From Eukaryota sp. TZLM1-RC (lineage: Eukaryota > Protista > Metamonada: BaSk clade), in NCBI GenBank assembly GCA_040285825.1, contig JAUPSS010000001.1:2170001-2234000 (forward strand): 64,000 nt of DNA. Direction: 5' to 3'. Below are positions 1-11,749 of this stretch, piece after piece. The stretch's first letter is position 1, and each line of letters opens with the position of its first letter. Position numbers and translations under genes: made by a program. The notes below the pieces were generated by a model that saw only the letters and a list, made by a program, of their open reading frames with translations, was not told the DNA's origin and did no database searches.

Positions 1-1521
1 GTAGGTCTCTGATGTTTCAAATTCTTAAAACCTTTTTTACCATAATCACCCATTAGTATTAAAGTGTCTTTTGGATTGCCAAACTGCTGAACAAGGCTTT
101 GTAACAACCAACTTTCAGTCTTTTGCTTGTGAAGAAAAGCTTGCATTTTATGAATGTTCCACAAGTCAACACTGTAAAAGTCAATTGTCAAAAAAACTTG
201 CCTAAGTTTGGCAACCACAAAGTTGGAAAAATCTATAAAAGTTGCTGAATTGGCAGCAAATGCGTGACAATTCGATGTTTGCATCTTCAATTGTCATTTC
301 GTTAGACTCTATCAATTGGTTCCTGTCGTAATCTACCTCAGTATACTTTATCGCCCATCGTTTTTGCTTTTCATTCATCCTACTCTTCAAAGACCAGGAC
401 ATTTGAGTCATTTTCAACCATTTGTACTTCTTGTCTTGATTCATCACCCGACTATTTCTTTGCTGTTCAGTTTCATATTCAGGCACCATGGCTAAGTCTT
501 CATCAGTCTTTTTACTCGCAAGATACAATAAATCATGTTTTCCAGGATCACCAACAACAATTCGTTTTTCTTGAAAAGTATCAACATCAACATCATTAAT
601 ATATAAATCAGAAATACCAGCCTTTTTTGTCTGGCTTACATTTCTGACTTTGTAAATCCTGACGAACAAATTCTACTGCAAAATTAAATCCATCTGTGTG
701 GATAATGTTGTTGAATTTATAGCTCTTCTGTTTGAACATTGGTTGGTTTTAATCTAGAATATTAAACCAAAAGTCAAATTGCTGAGGTGGTTTGAATTTC
801 GTAATTTGGGCTAATGTATTGTATAAATCATCCATCAATGTTTGTCTAATAATTGTCCATAGTGTTCTTGTATCAATAGCAATATCTCCTGGACCTACAG
901 TGGATGAATCAGGAGAAATATGATAAGGTTTTTTCTCTCTACTGGAAATATATTGGGCAATTTGTAATTGCTGGTTTTAGGAATATTTGAGGATCTTTTT
1001 CAACAGCCTCTGCAAGAAAATATATATCCACTGGAAATATGTTGTCAACTAAATTCTCGTCAGTGACCAAATTTTCAATTTGACAACTAAATGGCTCAAT
1101 AATACCTTCAAATATGTCTCTAAGTTCTTTATTTCTTATATCATATTGTTCACATAAATCGAAAAATTCATCATTCAGAAGGTCTGAAATATTTTCTGGA
1201 TGATGAAACAAAGAACTCAAGCAATCTCTATCATCAATTAAAAACAAGTTTTGAATTGATGAAGCCTAATAAATCTATAATTTATTGTATATATTATATA
1301 TAAATAATTGTAGTTAATGGCGTTAAATATATACCCAGCTTGTGCATTTTTGATAACACTTTTTCCACATCTGGTTTGTCAAAATAAACATTAATAAATC
1401 GATTAATATGTTTTTCATAATTTAATTTCAAATTATTCTCAAAATTGTTGGAAAACATTACTGGAGCCATACTCAGGTGGTCTACTGAAACCATCAGTTG
1501 AAAATCGTGGAAAAAACTCAA
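1..1521 (-). pseudogene. Fanzor1-like (eukaryotic TnpB/RuvC) gene, frameshifted, running off the window's left edge
   Basis: Fanzor1-type motifs occur in order across several frames: NNFENNLKLNYEKHINRFIN (1294-1521 ORF); GPGDIAIDTRTL (~860-900); YKFNNIIHTDG (~690-722); RuvC-I IVVGDPGKHDLLY (202-669 ORF); FYSVDLWNIHKMQAFLHKQKTESWLL..FGNPKDTLILMGDYG..KHQRPT (1-180). Several frameshifts and stops. Confidence 0.85.
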
Positions 1522-2149
1522 ATCTATATCTCAAATGGTCTACATTACTTAAAGTTTTGTTCAACTTTTGTTGTTCAAAGGTAATCGGTAATGTATAATC
1601 TCCTCCACCATAAACAAAGCACTACATCAACACTAATAAAGGTAACATTTGCATTGTTGATACCAACAACAGTTTGGGATATATGACCAGTAAGTGAGGA
1701 GTAAAAACAATAATAAGTGAGGGTAGTGGTTCTGGGGGTAGTGGGCGTGGGAGTGCTATTAGTGTGCTCAACCATGGATTGTAAATCTCCAAAATCGGCG
1801 TATTCAGTGGAATTGTGACGCTTAGGAAGGAGCCATCCATGGACATTAGTGGCATGGTAATTAATGTAAGGAACACTTCGGCCAAAAATTGCTGTGCGTA
1901 GTAGTAGTACGACATGAAGTTTCATGGAGAAAGGAAAACAACAATTTAATGAACCAACATGTGCCCTCTCTTTCAGCATTGGGGTTTCTAGTGGAACCGT
2001 TTTATCTGCATTTCCCATCTCCCCATCTCATTCCCATTTTTCCATCGTCTATTTTTACCCCGATTCTTGGCGCAAGAACTTTTTCGGTCCTTCATGATGT
2101 TGAGGGTTGTTCCTGATAATCAGAGTTGATTTAGGAATAATGGAGTGAA

Positions 2150-3900
2150 ACCATTTGAAAAAGTTTAGGCATGGATTTTTATGTTGGTGCAGGCTCGGCC
2201 AAAAAAATGTAATCCCGCTTTCGCAAATTTTTTGTTATATGTCCAAAAGAATTCTTCTTCTTGTTTAATTTCTCAAATTTTTCAAATTAATGGTCTTCAT
2301 TTGATACCACATTTTCTTGAACAATGCATTTCGATGTTTTTTTTGGCTTCAATGAAAACCTACCTACAGCTTTTGCTTCATTCAATTTTCCTAGTGATAA
2401 CAATGAGCTAAAAACAAGACTATACATTTCCCTAAAAATAGAAAATACAACTCTGTTTTGCCAAAAATTTCGGTCGAATATTCTTCCAGTTCTAATTTTG
2501 ACAATGGATAAGAAATCGTCCAAGAAAGATAGCGCAGTTTTACCCCCAAGCTTCCAAATGAAGAAACAGCAAATGGACAAAGAATGTATTGGGTATGTGA
2601 GTTGGAATTCAGATTAATGATTTTTTCTGTTTACATAATAATTTTTGCTTCTTTGGCTCTCCGTAAAGTTGAATTATAAGCTTGTGCCAGTTTTGATTTG
2701 ACCGTTTGATACATCAGAAGAACTGACATCAATAGTGATCATTGATCCATCGAGTCCAGGAACAAGCACATCACTATGGCTGTCACCACAAGAATTTCTG
2801 TCAGATTCATCAGCCAAATTTAAAAGCAACGGTTCTAAAAAAGATTCAATCTAATAGGACTTAAACATACAATAGAGCTGATCACGGACTGCATCATGCA
2901 CTTTTGATCTAAAAGTAATAAATCGATTACAATTAAGTAAATGGGTTGGAGTGACAGACTTTCCGCATTTACAAATTAATCCATGAGGAAGATTATCAAG
3001 CCAAATACAAGATCGAAAACGCATAGATAATAAAAAACAAGGGTCATTGAGAAACAAATCATAAATTCTTGGTACTTGGTGAATTAAACAAGAGGCAGAA
3101 CTATTACAAGCATGCAGTAAAAAATTTGCAAGAGCGGGATTTTTTTGCTTGGCCATGCCAAGATGTACTTCATGATCCAGGGCATCCAATATTACTGTCA
3201 ATTTTTGTTGAAGCTTCTTCACACAATACCTTAAATTAACTAAATTTCGTGGAGGAATATCTTGAACTGGGTCGGGAAAGCATTGACACCAAATTTGTGG
3301 TGCAATTTAATCAATGGCAACATCTAGGTCATACAAATATTTTGAAAGTGATGGAGTAAGCAAATGAATATCTTCAGGGAAACGATTAAGAAATTCATAA
3401 ATAGAATTTTTTTGCCACCACCAACAAAAGCTGCTTGACAAAGAATTGAAGATTTGGTAAAGCCAACACCACCAAATTGTGAAAAAGAAAACAAGTGAGC
3501 TCGAATTAGCTTAGGATTCACTTCTAATAGGGAAGCAAAGAAAGTTGCACGAAGATAATTAAATAATCGGCAAAAATCGATAGACAATGCAGATGCTGTC
3601 GACCTCAATAATTGAGTAATTTTTCCAGAGTAACAAATTCTTGAATCAAAAAATTTGATATGTTTTTCTATTTCTAATTCTTAAAATAATTGAAGCCCAT
3701 TACCAAGTTTTGCAACAATTTCGTTAAGATTTTCGATAATTTCATCAACAGTTCCTAGCTAACATCCTAGAAAGCGAAAAGCTTCTTGTGAATAATTGGT
3801 AAAAGGAAATTTACAATTATTAATTTTAAACTCTTTGAAATCATTACCAATTAATAAACATTTTTTAGGATTCAAATGAAGACCAATGATTTCAAGCAGA
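2150..3900 (-). mobile_element. Degraded CRE-like (RLE) non-LTR retrotransposon, 3' part, with a short oppositely oriented fragment at ~2150-2340
   Basis: RT tail IGLHLNPKKCLLIG..FRFLGC (~3760-3890); FGGVGF (3324 ORF); Zn knuckle CKC..HLLNC plus RSKVHDAVRD (2851 ORF); EPLL..DVLVPGLDGSMITIDV; C-terminal FWQNRVVFSIF (2287 ORF). Confidence 0.75.
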
Positions 3901-3962
3901 TTTCCTGTCACGATCTTCAATGTCACTGGTCCTCCAGATCAAGTTTGGCAATTTTACTAAAA

Positions 3963-4003
3963 GGCGATGGCCAGGAATCGAACCTAGATCAGGAGAGTTC
4001 AGA
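3963..4003 (-). tRNA. tRNA-like 3' half only (possible tRNA-Gln(CTG) fragment or pseudogene)
   Basis: Minus strand reads tCTGaactctcctgatCTAGG-TTCGATT-CCTGG-ccatcgcc, i.e. a T-arm with canonical TTCGA loop and an acceptor 3' strand. No matching 5' half was found nearby. Confidence 0.35.
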
Positions 4004-4194
4004 ATTGCAGACCCACCAAATATGGTGACTGAAAAAGTGGCAAATTCTCAAAGGTCGCCAAAAGTTCACCAATATTTTTCGCCGATTGTATATTTTTAAA
4101 AAAATAAAAAAATAAAAAAATTCAGATTGATTTGAAAATGAATACTATAAGATTGAACAATAAAGCAGTAAACATTCGTAAAAGTTAGCAGTTG

Positions 4195-4928
4195 AATTAC
4201 GGAAGACTATCAAATGAAGCTGGAACTTTTTTGAATAACTTCCAAAAAATGGTTCAAGAAAAAACAATGAAATTTTTTCATATTTTTTATGGCGCTCTCG
4301 GATTCAATTTACCATAAATTATCAATTTATTAATAAATAACCACGGTTTTTCATTAGTATTAGAGAAGCTTTAGCCAGACAGCAAGCAGATCAAGATTGT
4401 TATTCTTTTGCTAATTCTTTTTGGGAATATTGCCAATGAAAGATTGGGGAAAGAATCGATTCCATTTTTGTTCAATTTTTGAAATTCCTCAGTTAATGCA
4501 AAAACAGTGGAACCTTGCACTGTCACTAATAGATCTTTCCAATCGGCAAATGTTTCAAAAAACTCAAAAAATGCATTTCTGTATCCGATAACAAAAGCAT
4601 AGGAAGTGAGAATTGAGGCCTTTGTCAAACGTAAACTGCCATTGTGTGGACTAAGAAAAGCATGATAAGGCATTTGGACAATTTTACATCCTAGTTATTA
4701 TTTTTTCCTAGTAATTTTTGTATTTTTTACCAAATTATGTAACTTGAAACGCAAACAAAACAACTAAACAAAAAACTAGAACTCAATATCCTAAATACAG
4801 GCATCAATATCATTAAACCTCTTCCATGTGCGTAAATTAAATATGTGCGTCAAATTTAACAATTATATAAATTTTTCTATTGTGCAAGAAATTAAAGTTG
4901 AACTCTTTTCCTGCTCTTTCCTTTATAA
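4195..4928. mobile_element. Cluster of CRE-like retroelement fragments in both orientations
   Basis: 4195-4390 (+) matches 16970-17150 and 46340-46520. The 4371-4673 ORF (HNGSLRLTKASIL) resembles the 3324 ORF. 4860-4928 (-) reads IKERAGKEFNFNFLHNR, the element's C-terminus. Confidence 0.65.
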
Positions 4929-5077
4929 CGATGGTTTATGGCAAGGCTTATGTGAAATAGTTATGCAAATGTAAAGAGATTTATTAGAAGAGGAATTGGA
5001 TTCTCTCTTCTTGTACTAATAAGCGGTAACTAAATAAACCATAATACTAAGGCCATTAATACTATTCCAGACTCACA
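4929..5077 (-). repeat. 3' LTR of the Gypsy element
   Basis: Aligns with 10331-10475 (gatggt..tatgtga..atgtaaagagatttat..ctaataagcgg..ataatactaa..gact.aca). Confidence 0.8.
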
Positions 5078-8000
5078 CTACCTTTTCCCCTCTTTCGAGC
5101 GACGAGCCCTAGAAGCCCTAGTCATAGGAGGTGATGTACAAGTTTTTGAACGCTTCTTGGTAGGAGCGGATTTAGTACCGTGACGTGTCTTCGAAGTTTT
5201 GATGAAGTCTTTATCAGCTGCAGTATTTTGGACTGTTGACATATGTTCAGTGGTGATCTCATTTCCAGGCCATTGCACTTGGCAAAAGTCACCGTCCTTA
5301 CTGAGCACCTTTTCCATGATATGTTCTTCGCCATCACCTGCAGCAACCCATGAGTGGGACTCATCGTTGGCAGGTAGGCTTGAGAGCCATGGTGCTAAAT
5401 GTTTGACGCTAGCTGGACGATCGTACCAGTGCAAAGGTTTATAATATTCACAAACGAATTAGATACGTTTTCAGTTATTCGGAAGGGTCCTAAATAATCT
5501 CCATGTAGCTTTGCGGAGGAGCTAGAAGCTCTCAATTCCAGCTGACCAACATTCAAAAAAAATTTCAAAAAGAATTTGGAGTTGTAGATGTATTTAGCTT
5601 GGATGCTACGGAAGCTTGATGGTTTCCTGCCTTTTCCTGTTTTTCTTTCAACCTTCAAAATTTAGATGGAATTTCTTGAATAAAGGATGACTTCGACGTC
5701 GAGCTTTCAATGAATATTGCCAGGATCGGATCTAGGAAACACATCAGAGCCAAAGATAACTAGACAAGGGCTGTACTTTGTTATTGAACTCTTGAATGAG
5801 TTGAGCAATAATTGCACATAAGGCAAATATTCAGACCACGCATCGTAGGCGTTGAAGTTTAAGTGCAATTTCCGTAGGTTTTGCAGAAAGTCTCTGTGTC
5901 GGCGTGCTACTAAGCGGTTGGACTGAGAAAACCTAGGTATCGACTTTGACACTTCTATGCTTAAAAATTTGCTCAGTTCGTCAAAGACAGCCTTGGAAAA
6001 TTCGGGTCCATTATTGCTGTGGATTTGAAATGGTATACCAAAAATGGCACAGACTTTCCAGATTAATGCATCTGCAGTAAGATTAGCGTTGATTACTTTT
6101 AAATTGACGATGATCGTAAATCTAAAAAAGCTGTCAATAAATACGAGGATGTATTTGTAGCCTTCTTGATCTTCTGGGAGAGGACCAATTACATCGGCGT
6201 TGACGCGAGCAAAAGGTATGTAAGCCCACAATAAACCAGTTTGGGGGACATGCAGTTTTGGAACTGGTTTTGTTTTCTCTGACAGGAGGGGCATTCTTGG
6301 ACGTGCTTGTTCATGTTTGTGAACATGTTTGGCCATCAATAACCGCTGTTTTTGAACTTGTTCAGGGTTGCTTGGATGACTTCCTTGCAGCAGTGCGCGT
6401 GCAACAATTTAAGGGTGTCCTTAATGAGTGATTTGAGAAGAACGATCTGTTTGTCGTAGGTTATATATAAATCAAGTTTATTGTTATGCTTACAGTTGTT
6501 GAAGAAGGGGTCTCTGGAAGCTATTGCAAGCTTCTGTTCGGACCTTATCCTACAGAGCCACGGCTCGTAAATAGGTAGGTCATCGGAACACTGTTCTTTG
6601 ATGACATTTCAAGTTCGAAGTTGTTTAGATCTTCGATGTAGTACCTTTTATCTTCTGTTCCCTCTATTTTTGTTAATGTAAGATATAGGATGAAAATTTT
6701 GAAACATTTGATGGGACAAATGATTGATCTCATGGTGGTCTATGGGCGGAATTAGTTAAAACAACATATTGGCCCAGAAGTTATCTCACTCTTGGTATGA
6801 ACCAATTCGAAGCAGAATTCGCAGAAAATAGGTAACCACGTGGTTACTATTCTGTTCTTGTCTGGAGCTGTGAACATGTAGGTAAGGTTTTGATGGTTTG
6901 TAAAAATGACCGGTTTCCTATATTTCAAGTAGTTTTCGAAACCACTTTGAGATAACATGAGTAAGATAGCGTAGAGTTCCTTTTGGTTTGTGGGCCAGTT
7001 CTTTTGCGAGTTGGTTAACAAGTGGCTGAAGAAACTTATGGGTTTACATTTCCTGTTGATCAGGGGAGTACCGGGGTCGTCGACTTGTTCGACTTGTTCC
7101 CATATTACACCGCCTACAAGAATGTTGGATGCGTCGCAACTTATTAGAATCTGGTGCTCCAAAGAAGGTAAGTTGAGCAGCATGTGCTGAGCTATCAGTT
7201 GTTCGATCTTTTGCAGGAGCCCGTCGTGTATATCGGTCCATTGTAGGCGTTGTGCTCGGGGTTTGGGTTTAACGTTGGCGTTGTTCCCATCATCCTTAGT
7301 CAATCTTATGATAGGAGCAATGAGCTCAGATACTTGGGAAAAGACATTCTCTAATAAAGTTGACTGATCCTACAAGGTTGCGGACATCTTTGATTGTCTT
7401 TGATTTAGGGAGATTCATCAAAGACTCAGTGCAAGTGGGATCGATAGTCCGTTGTTTGTTTTGGAAAACACTGTCGAGTATCTTTATGGGGTGTCTGAAA
7501 GACACGAAGTGGCACTTTTGAAGTCCCAAAGAAACTGTTCTTGCATCTAGCTTGACCCAGGATGCGTCGGAGGCGTTCGATGAATTTATCAAAGGTTGAA
7601 CCCATGATTATGATGTCATCTATTCAGATGAATACTCCGTCTCCAGAGAAGACGTTTGCCATGACGTTTTGGCAAACGGCTGGGGCATGCTTGAGGCCAA
7701 AAGCGGCGCGTTTGAACATGATGCTATTGCCAAAAATGCTTAAGGCAGCCTTTTGCCAGTGCTTTTTGGCTATTCTCAGTTGGCAAAAGGTTTCGAGGAG
7801 GTCAAGAGGGCTTCTGTAATTCGCTTGGGAGAGAAATATCAGCACTTCCTCTGAGATCCTTGAAAGATTGGGCTCAACAGGAATAGTGTTAGTGTTTACT
7901 CCGTCCCTGTTGCTATAGTCACCAGTAAGGCGGGGCTTCCGGTGATCTGGACAGACCACTAGACAAACAGGGGAGCTGAACTCATGGTTCGATGGGACAG

Positions 8001-10330
8001 CAAATCCTGAGTCTACGAGTTCGTCGAAATTTTGGTTAGCGAACTCTAGCCTGGGCGGATTCAGGGTCTTGGGGGGGGGGTCTTCTAACTGTAATGTCTT
8101 CATTGTAGCAATTGAAATTCTTATGAGGACAATCAATACTTTCAGCATGAGGCTTGAGGGTAAAAACGGCTTCGAACTCTTCCAAGGTGAGAAGTAGGGA
8201 CTTCTTGTCGTGGTCGTTGTCTAAGTTGATGGTACAACCGGATGAGTTGATGTGTTCCAACCAACCTGTGGGAAGGGAGACAACTTCTGAAATTGGTGAT
8301 ATTCGATGGTCGAATTCGGCTTCAGATTATAGTAATGTACGACGGGCGTCGTTGATTCTAATGTATATGCCCTTATTGTTCATTAGTGCAAGGTGACTCA
8401 AGAAGTCAGCTCCAATGAGAATGGTCTAATGTCCAAGAACAATGCTGGAACTTGTATTTTCCATGTATAATCTGGGTAACACTTCCTAGTTTAATACTAA
8501 GGGTTTCAAAAGCAGTACCAAAGAACTGTGAGGTGGATTCATCAGTAATTTTGTTGAAGGAGATGGTTTCGTTCGTACGTGCCATGTTACAGTTATTCAT
8601 GAATGGAACAGGTCCCATTCATGAACTGGTTCTCCGGTACTAATGCCAAAATACTGAACGTACGATGGTTGAGAACCTTCTCTAGCTTGTTCAAGTTCTT
8701 CGCGAAGTTTGGCAAATTCATTGGCTAAAGCTACCCGAGCTGGATCCTCAAAATTGCCTCTGGTTTCCCTCAGGATCCGGTCGGTACGGTTTTAGATGAG
8801 GAATTTGTTAACAAACTTTAGAAGTTTGTCACTGTCTCTCAAATCAGATGCTTCGAGATAGGGACGTTTAGGTCGGACCCTTCGTCTGTCATCTCGATCT
8901 CTAGATCCAATCATAGAAGAAAGGAGAAGGCTGCTTTCGTAAGTGTCCGAGATTAATGATTAATGATAGGTAGTAGTAGAGGTTGATTCTACCGTGGAAG
9001 GCGTAGGTCGGGGTTAAAATGTTCGACTAATCGGAGTGATAAGAGCTGAAACCGCATCAGAAGATGTGGTAAAAGTTGGGGAATCACTACTCACTGTAAC
9101 TAGCTCGTCGTCAACATGATCCATAATTAGTATGGTTAGAGGTTTCCATAGGAGAGAGACGATCAGTTTCCATGGGATGTTGTACGTTTTGGACTTTAGG
9201 TCGGACGTCCATTGCTGATCTCCGTAGGAGGAGTGGTCTCTGGGTCTCTGGAATAACCTGAGAATCCCTATGTCGAGCATAAGGTTGTGCTGACGGAAAG
9301 CACCGTGATGCAGAACACTAGAGCTAGCGTGGGAGCTAGAGTTGAGAGGTGCTTGTTCAGTAGAGGAAGTTCCTCTCCTAGCCTGAATCGCTCTGTCAAG
9401 CCTTCTTCTGAGTTTTCAATTGCGACACTCTTGTAAGTGTTGAGCTAAGTAGTCTTTGGACATTTCTTGCGAAGATATATCAACTGCGATTCTAGACTCC
9501 GCGGTAGGAGCTGAGGACTGAGTTGTTGAAGAGTACTCCAAAAGGTTCTTCATAATCTACCAAATCTGAGAAGATCTGCTCATACCTCTTCCTTTGTTCT
9601 TCGGAAAAATACGAAGGGAGGTGTGGAATGGAAAGAACAAGATCATAAGCATTAGGCGGGGAATCAGTTGGATTGTTAACTTGGCTTATTGTTGTTAAAG
9701 TAAGGGAAGATCCTGAGGCTGGAACAGCAGAATTTTGTCTTGTTCTCCTAACAGTTGGTTGTTGAGAGGATGGAGCCTCACATTCAGGATAAGAGATGAG
9801 ATGAATAAGGAGATGAAGATGGAACTTGAGTACCCTTTTCAGGGGAGGGAGGTTGAACTCCAGTTCCTTCCTTAATAGAATGAGAATATTGAACCGTCTT
9901 TCTGCTTTGGGTAGAAGGTGAAGATGGTACTTCAGTACTTCATTGAAGGAGTGGAGAAGGTAAAACCTCAGTTTTCCTTAGTTGTGAGGAAACAGGAGGA
10001 GCTACGGAATCTTCAACGTCCTCGTCGTCATAGACGACCGACAACGGAATTATTCCTTCCAAAAAGCGCAAAATCCTTAGGAGGGCTATCTCCTACCACA
10101 GATACAGTCTCCTGGGGAGGTATACTTCTTTCCATAGGAGCGAAATCCACAGGAAAAGAACTGTCTTCCGTCGGGGCAGAACCCTCTGGAGAAGAGGAAT
10201 CTTGAGAAAACGGAGAAGCTTCGACAGAAGAGGTAGGCAAAAAAGCACTTTCTGCGGCTAATGGGGAAGAAGAGGGACTACTCTCTTCTTCGGGGATCCT
10301 ACGCTGAGCCGAAGCCGACCCACTACGTAT

Positions 10331-10475
10331 TGATGGTCTATAGCTAGGGTTATGTGACATAGCTCTGTAGATGTAAAGAGATTTATAACGAAGAGGACTC
10401 TCTCATTTTGAACTAATAAGCGGAAACTAAAAAAAACTATAATACTAAAGGTATCAATATTTGTCAAGACTAACA
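10331..10475 (-). repeat. 5' LTR of the Gypsy element
   Basis: TG...CA termini; homologous to 4929-5077 at roughly 75-80% identity by eye. Confidence 0.8.
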
Positions 10476-10914
10476 ATTCAACATCTGAAACTTCAAGAAA
10501 TATAATACAAGATATTCCAATGTTACCAAAAAAAGAAACAGCAAATGGAACCAGCTCATACTTTACAAGATCAACACGCGAAAGCATTCTAGTAATTATG
10601 ACAACACTGTTGTACGCTTCTGGCCCACAGCCCTAGTGATGAGACGATTTGTAGATCGAAATATATGATTAATGATGGAATAAGACAAAGTCTTATAATG
10701 GTAAATTTGATATGTTTTTGCAAATACAATTTCATCATTTGGTCAATTTCTCGAAAATTTAAATCGTCTTTTCTACCCATTCTATAAAAACTTCCACATT
10801 ATCTTCCAAATACCCAAAACAAGTAAAAATAAATTCGATTGAGTAACTGTACACTTCCATTATTGATACGGAAAATTATCATGTTTCATCTTCGATATGA
10901 CAGAGTTATAAAAG

Positions 10915-11200
10915 TACCCTTTCAAAGAGTTAACCTGTGCTCTAGGACCGACTAACCTATGACAGAGTTCCTTTCACACGAAATCTTGCTGCAATTAGGT
11001 CAACAAGATTCTAACTTGTTTATTTGCTTCTAGTATCAAGAATCGCACCAAGGACTGCTCCAGTCCCTTTCGCTGGGAAATTTCTACACAACCTATCGAC
11101 GTTGTAGAATTTTACTCATCCAATGAATTAATGGACATTAATGGATGGCACACTGTAGCCCCATCAATATTCAGGGCTAGTTAATTTTGATGAGTGATTC
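10915..11200 (-). pseudogene. Degenerate fragment of large-subunit (28S-like) rRNA
   Basis: Plus strand follows the reverse complement of conserved LSU blocks: aggaccgactaacc.atg, tatttgct.cta..a.caaga..gcac, ccatc.at.ttcagggctagtt.att. Many substitutions and no flanking rDNA. Confidence 0.75.
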
Positions 11201-11749
11201 TTTGCGTATTCTATGGTTACCATCGTCATGTCAATATGCTCGAACACTGTTTCATGAGTCTTAATGAATGAACACCTATGTATTTTTAAAATGATTTCTT
11301 GAAACATCAAATAGTGGTCTGTAAGGTAAGGTAAATTAACAAAAAGAGTCATATGTGAATATTGCTAGATCTAGTGGGTGTATTTTTCATTCTACTGATA
11401 CTATTCAGAGATTTGTGTTGTAGCAAGTCCAGCCATTCTACTGTTCTGTCAAGTGTCCAACATCGGTGTTTAGGCATAAAGATGTATTCATAATGAACAG
11501 AGTTAGTAAGTGGTTGTAGCTGGAAATTGTATGTGAAAACCTTTTTTATTCAATATTGTTTATGAAAATGGAGACAAGGGTTGGAATTTAACAACAATCA
11601 CAGGAACCAATAATGAAAAATTTGTATTGCTGACAACACACCAGATAACAATCTTGAATAAGAAACACAAACAATTTAATTAAAAATTTATTAATTATTA
11701 AATAAAAAGTTCATCCAAATAAATTATTTAGTAATAAATTATTCAGTAA

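Larger units (their letters stand above)
4929..10475 (-). mobile_element. Degraded Ty3/Gypsy LTR retrotransposon with chromodomain (chromovirus-like)
   Basis: RT (RLTGDY, LDL..FCQ, AFGLKHAPA; 7624-8148); RNase H (CDASN, W..NQKELYAI; 6752-7303); integrase (ADVIGPLP, HSNNGPEF; 5707-6339); GPF motif; chromodomain (MEKVL..CQVQWPG..TTE; 5078-5434). Diverged LTRs at 4929-5077 and 10331-10475. PPT aaagaggggaaaaggtag abuts the 3' LTR. Confidence 0.9.

Noticed and set aside
1575-2018. 147-aa ORF with an internal MKLHVVLLL signal-like segment
   Set aside because: Looks like a truncated secreted-protein fragment; no assignable domain
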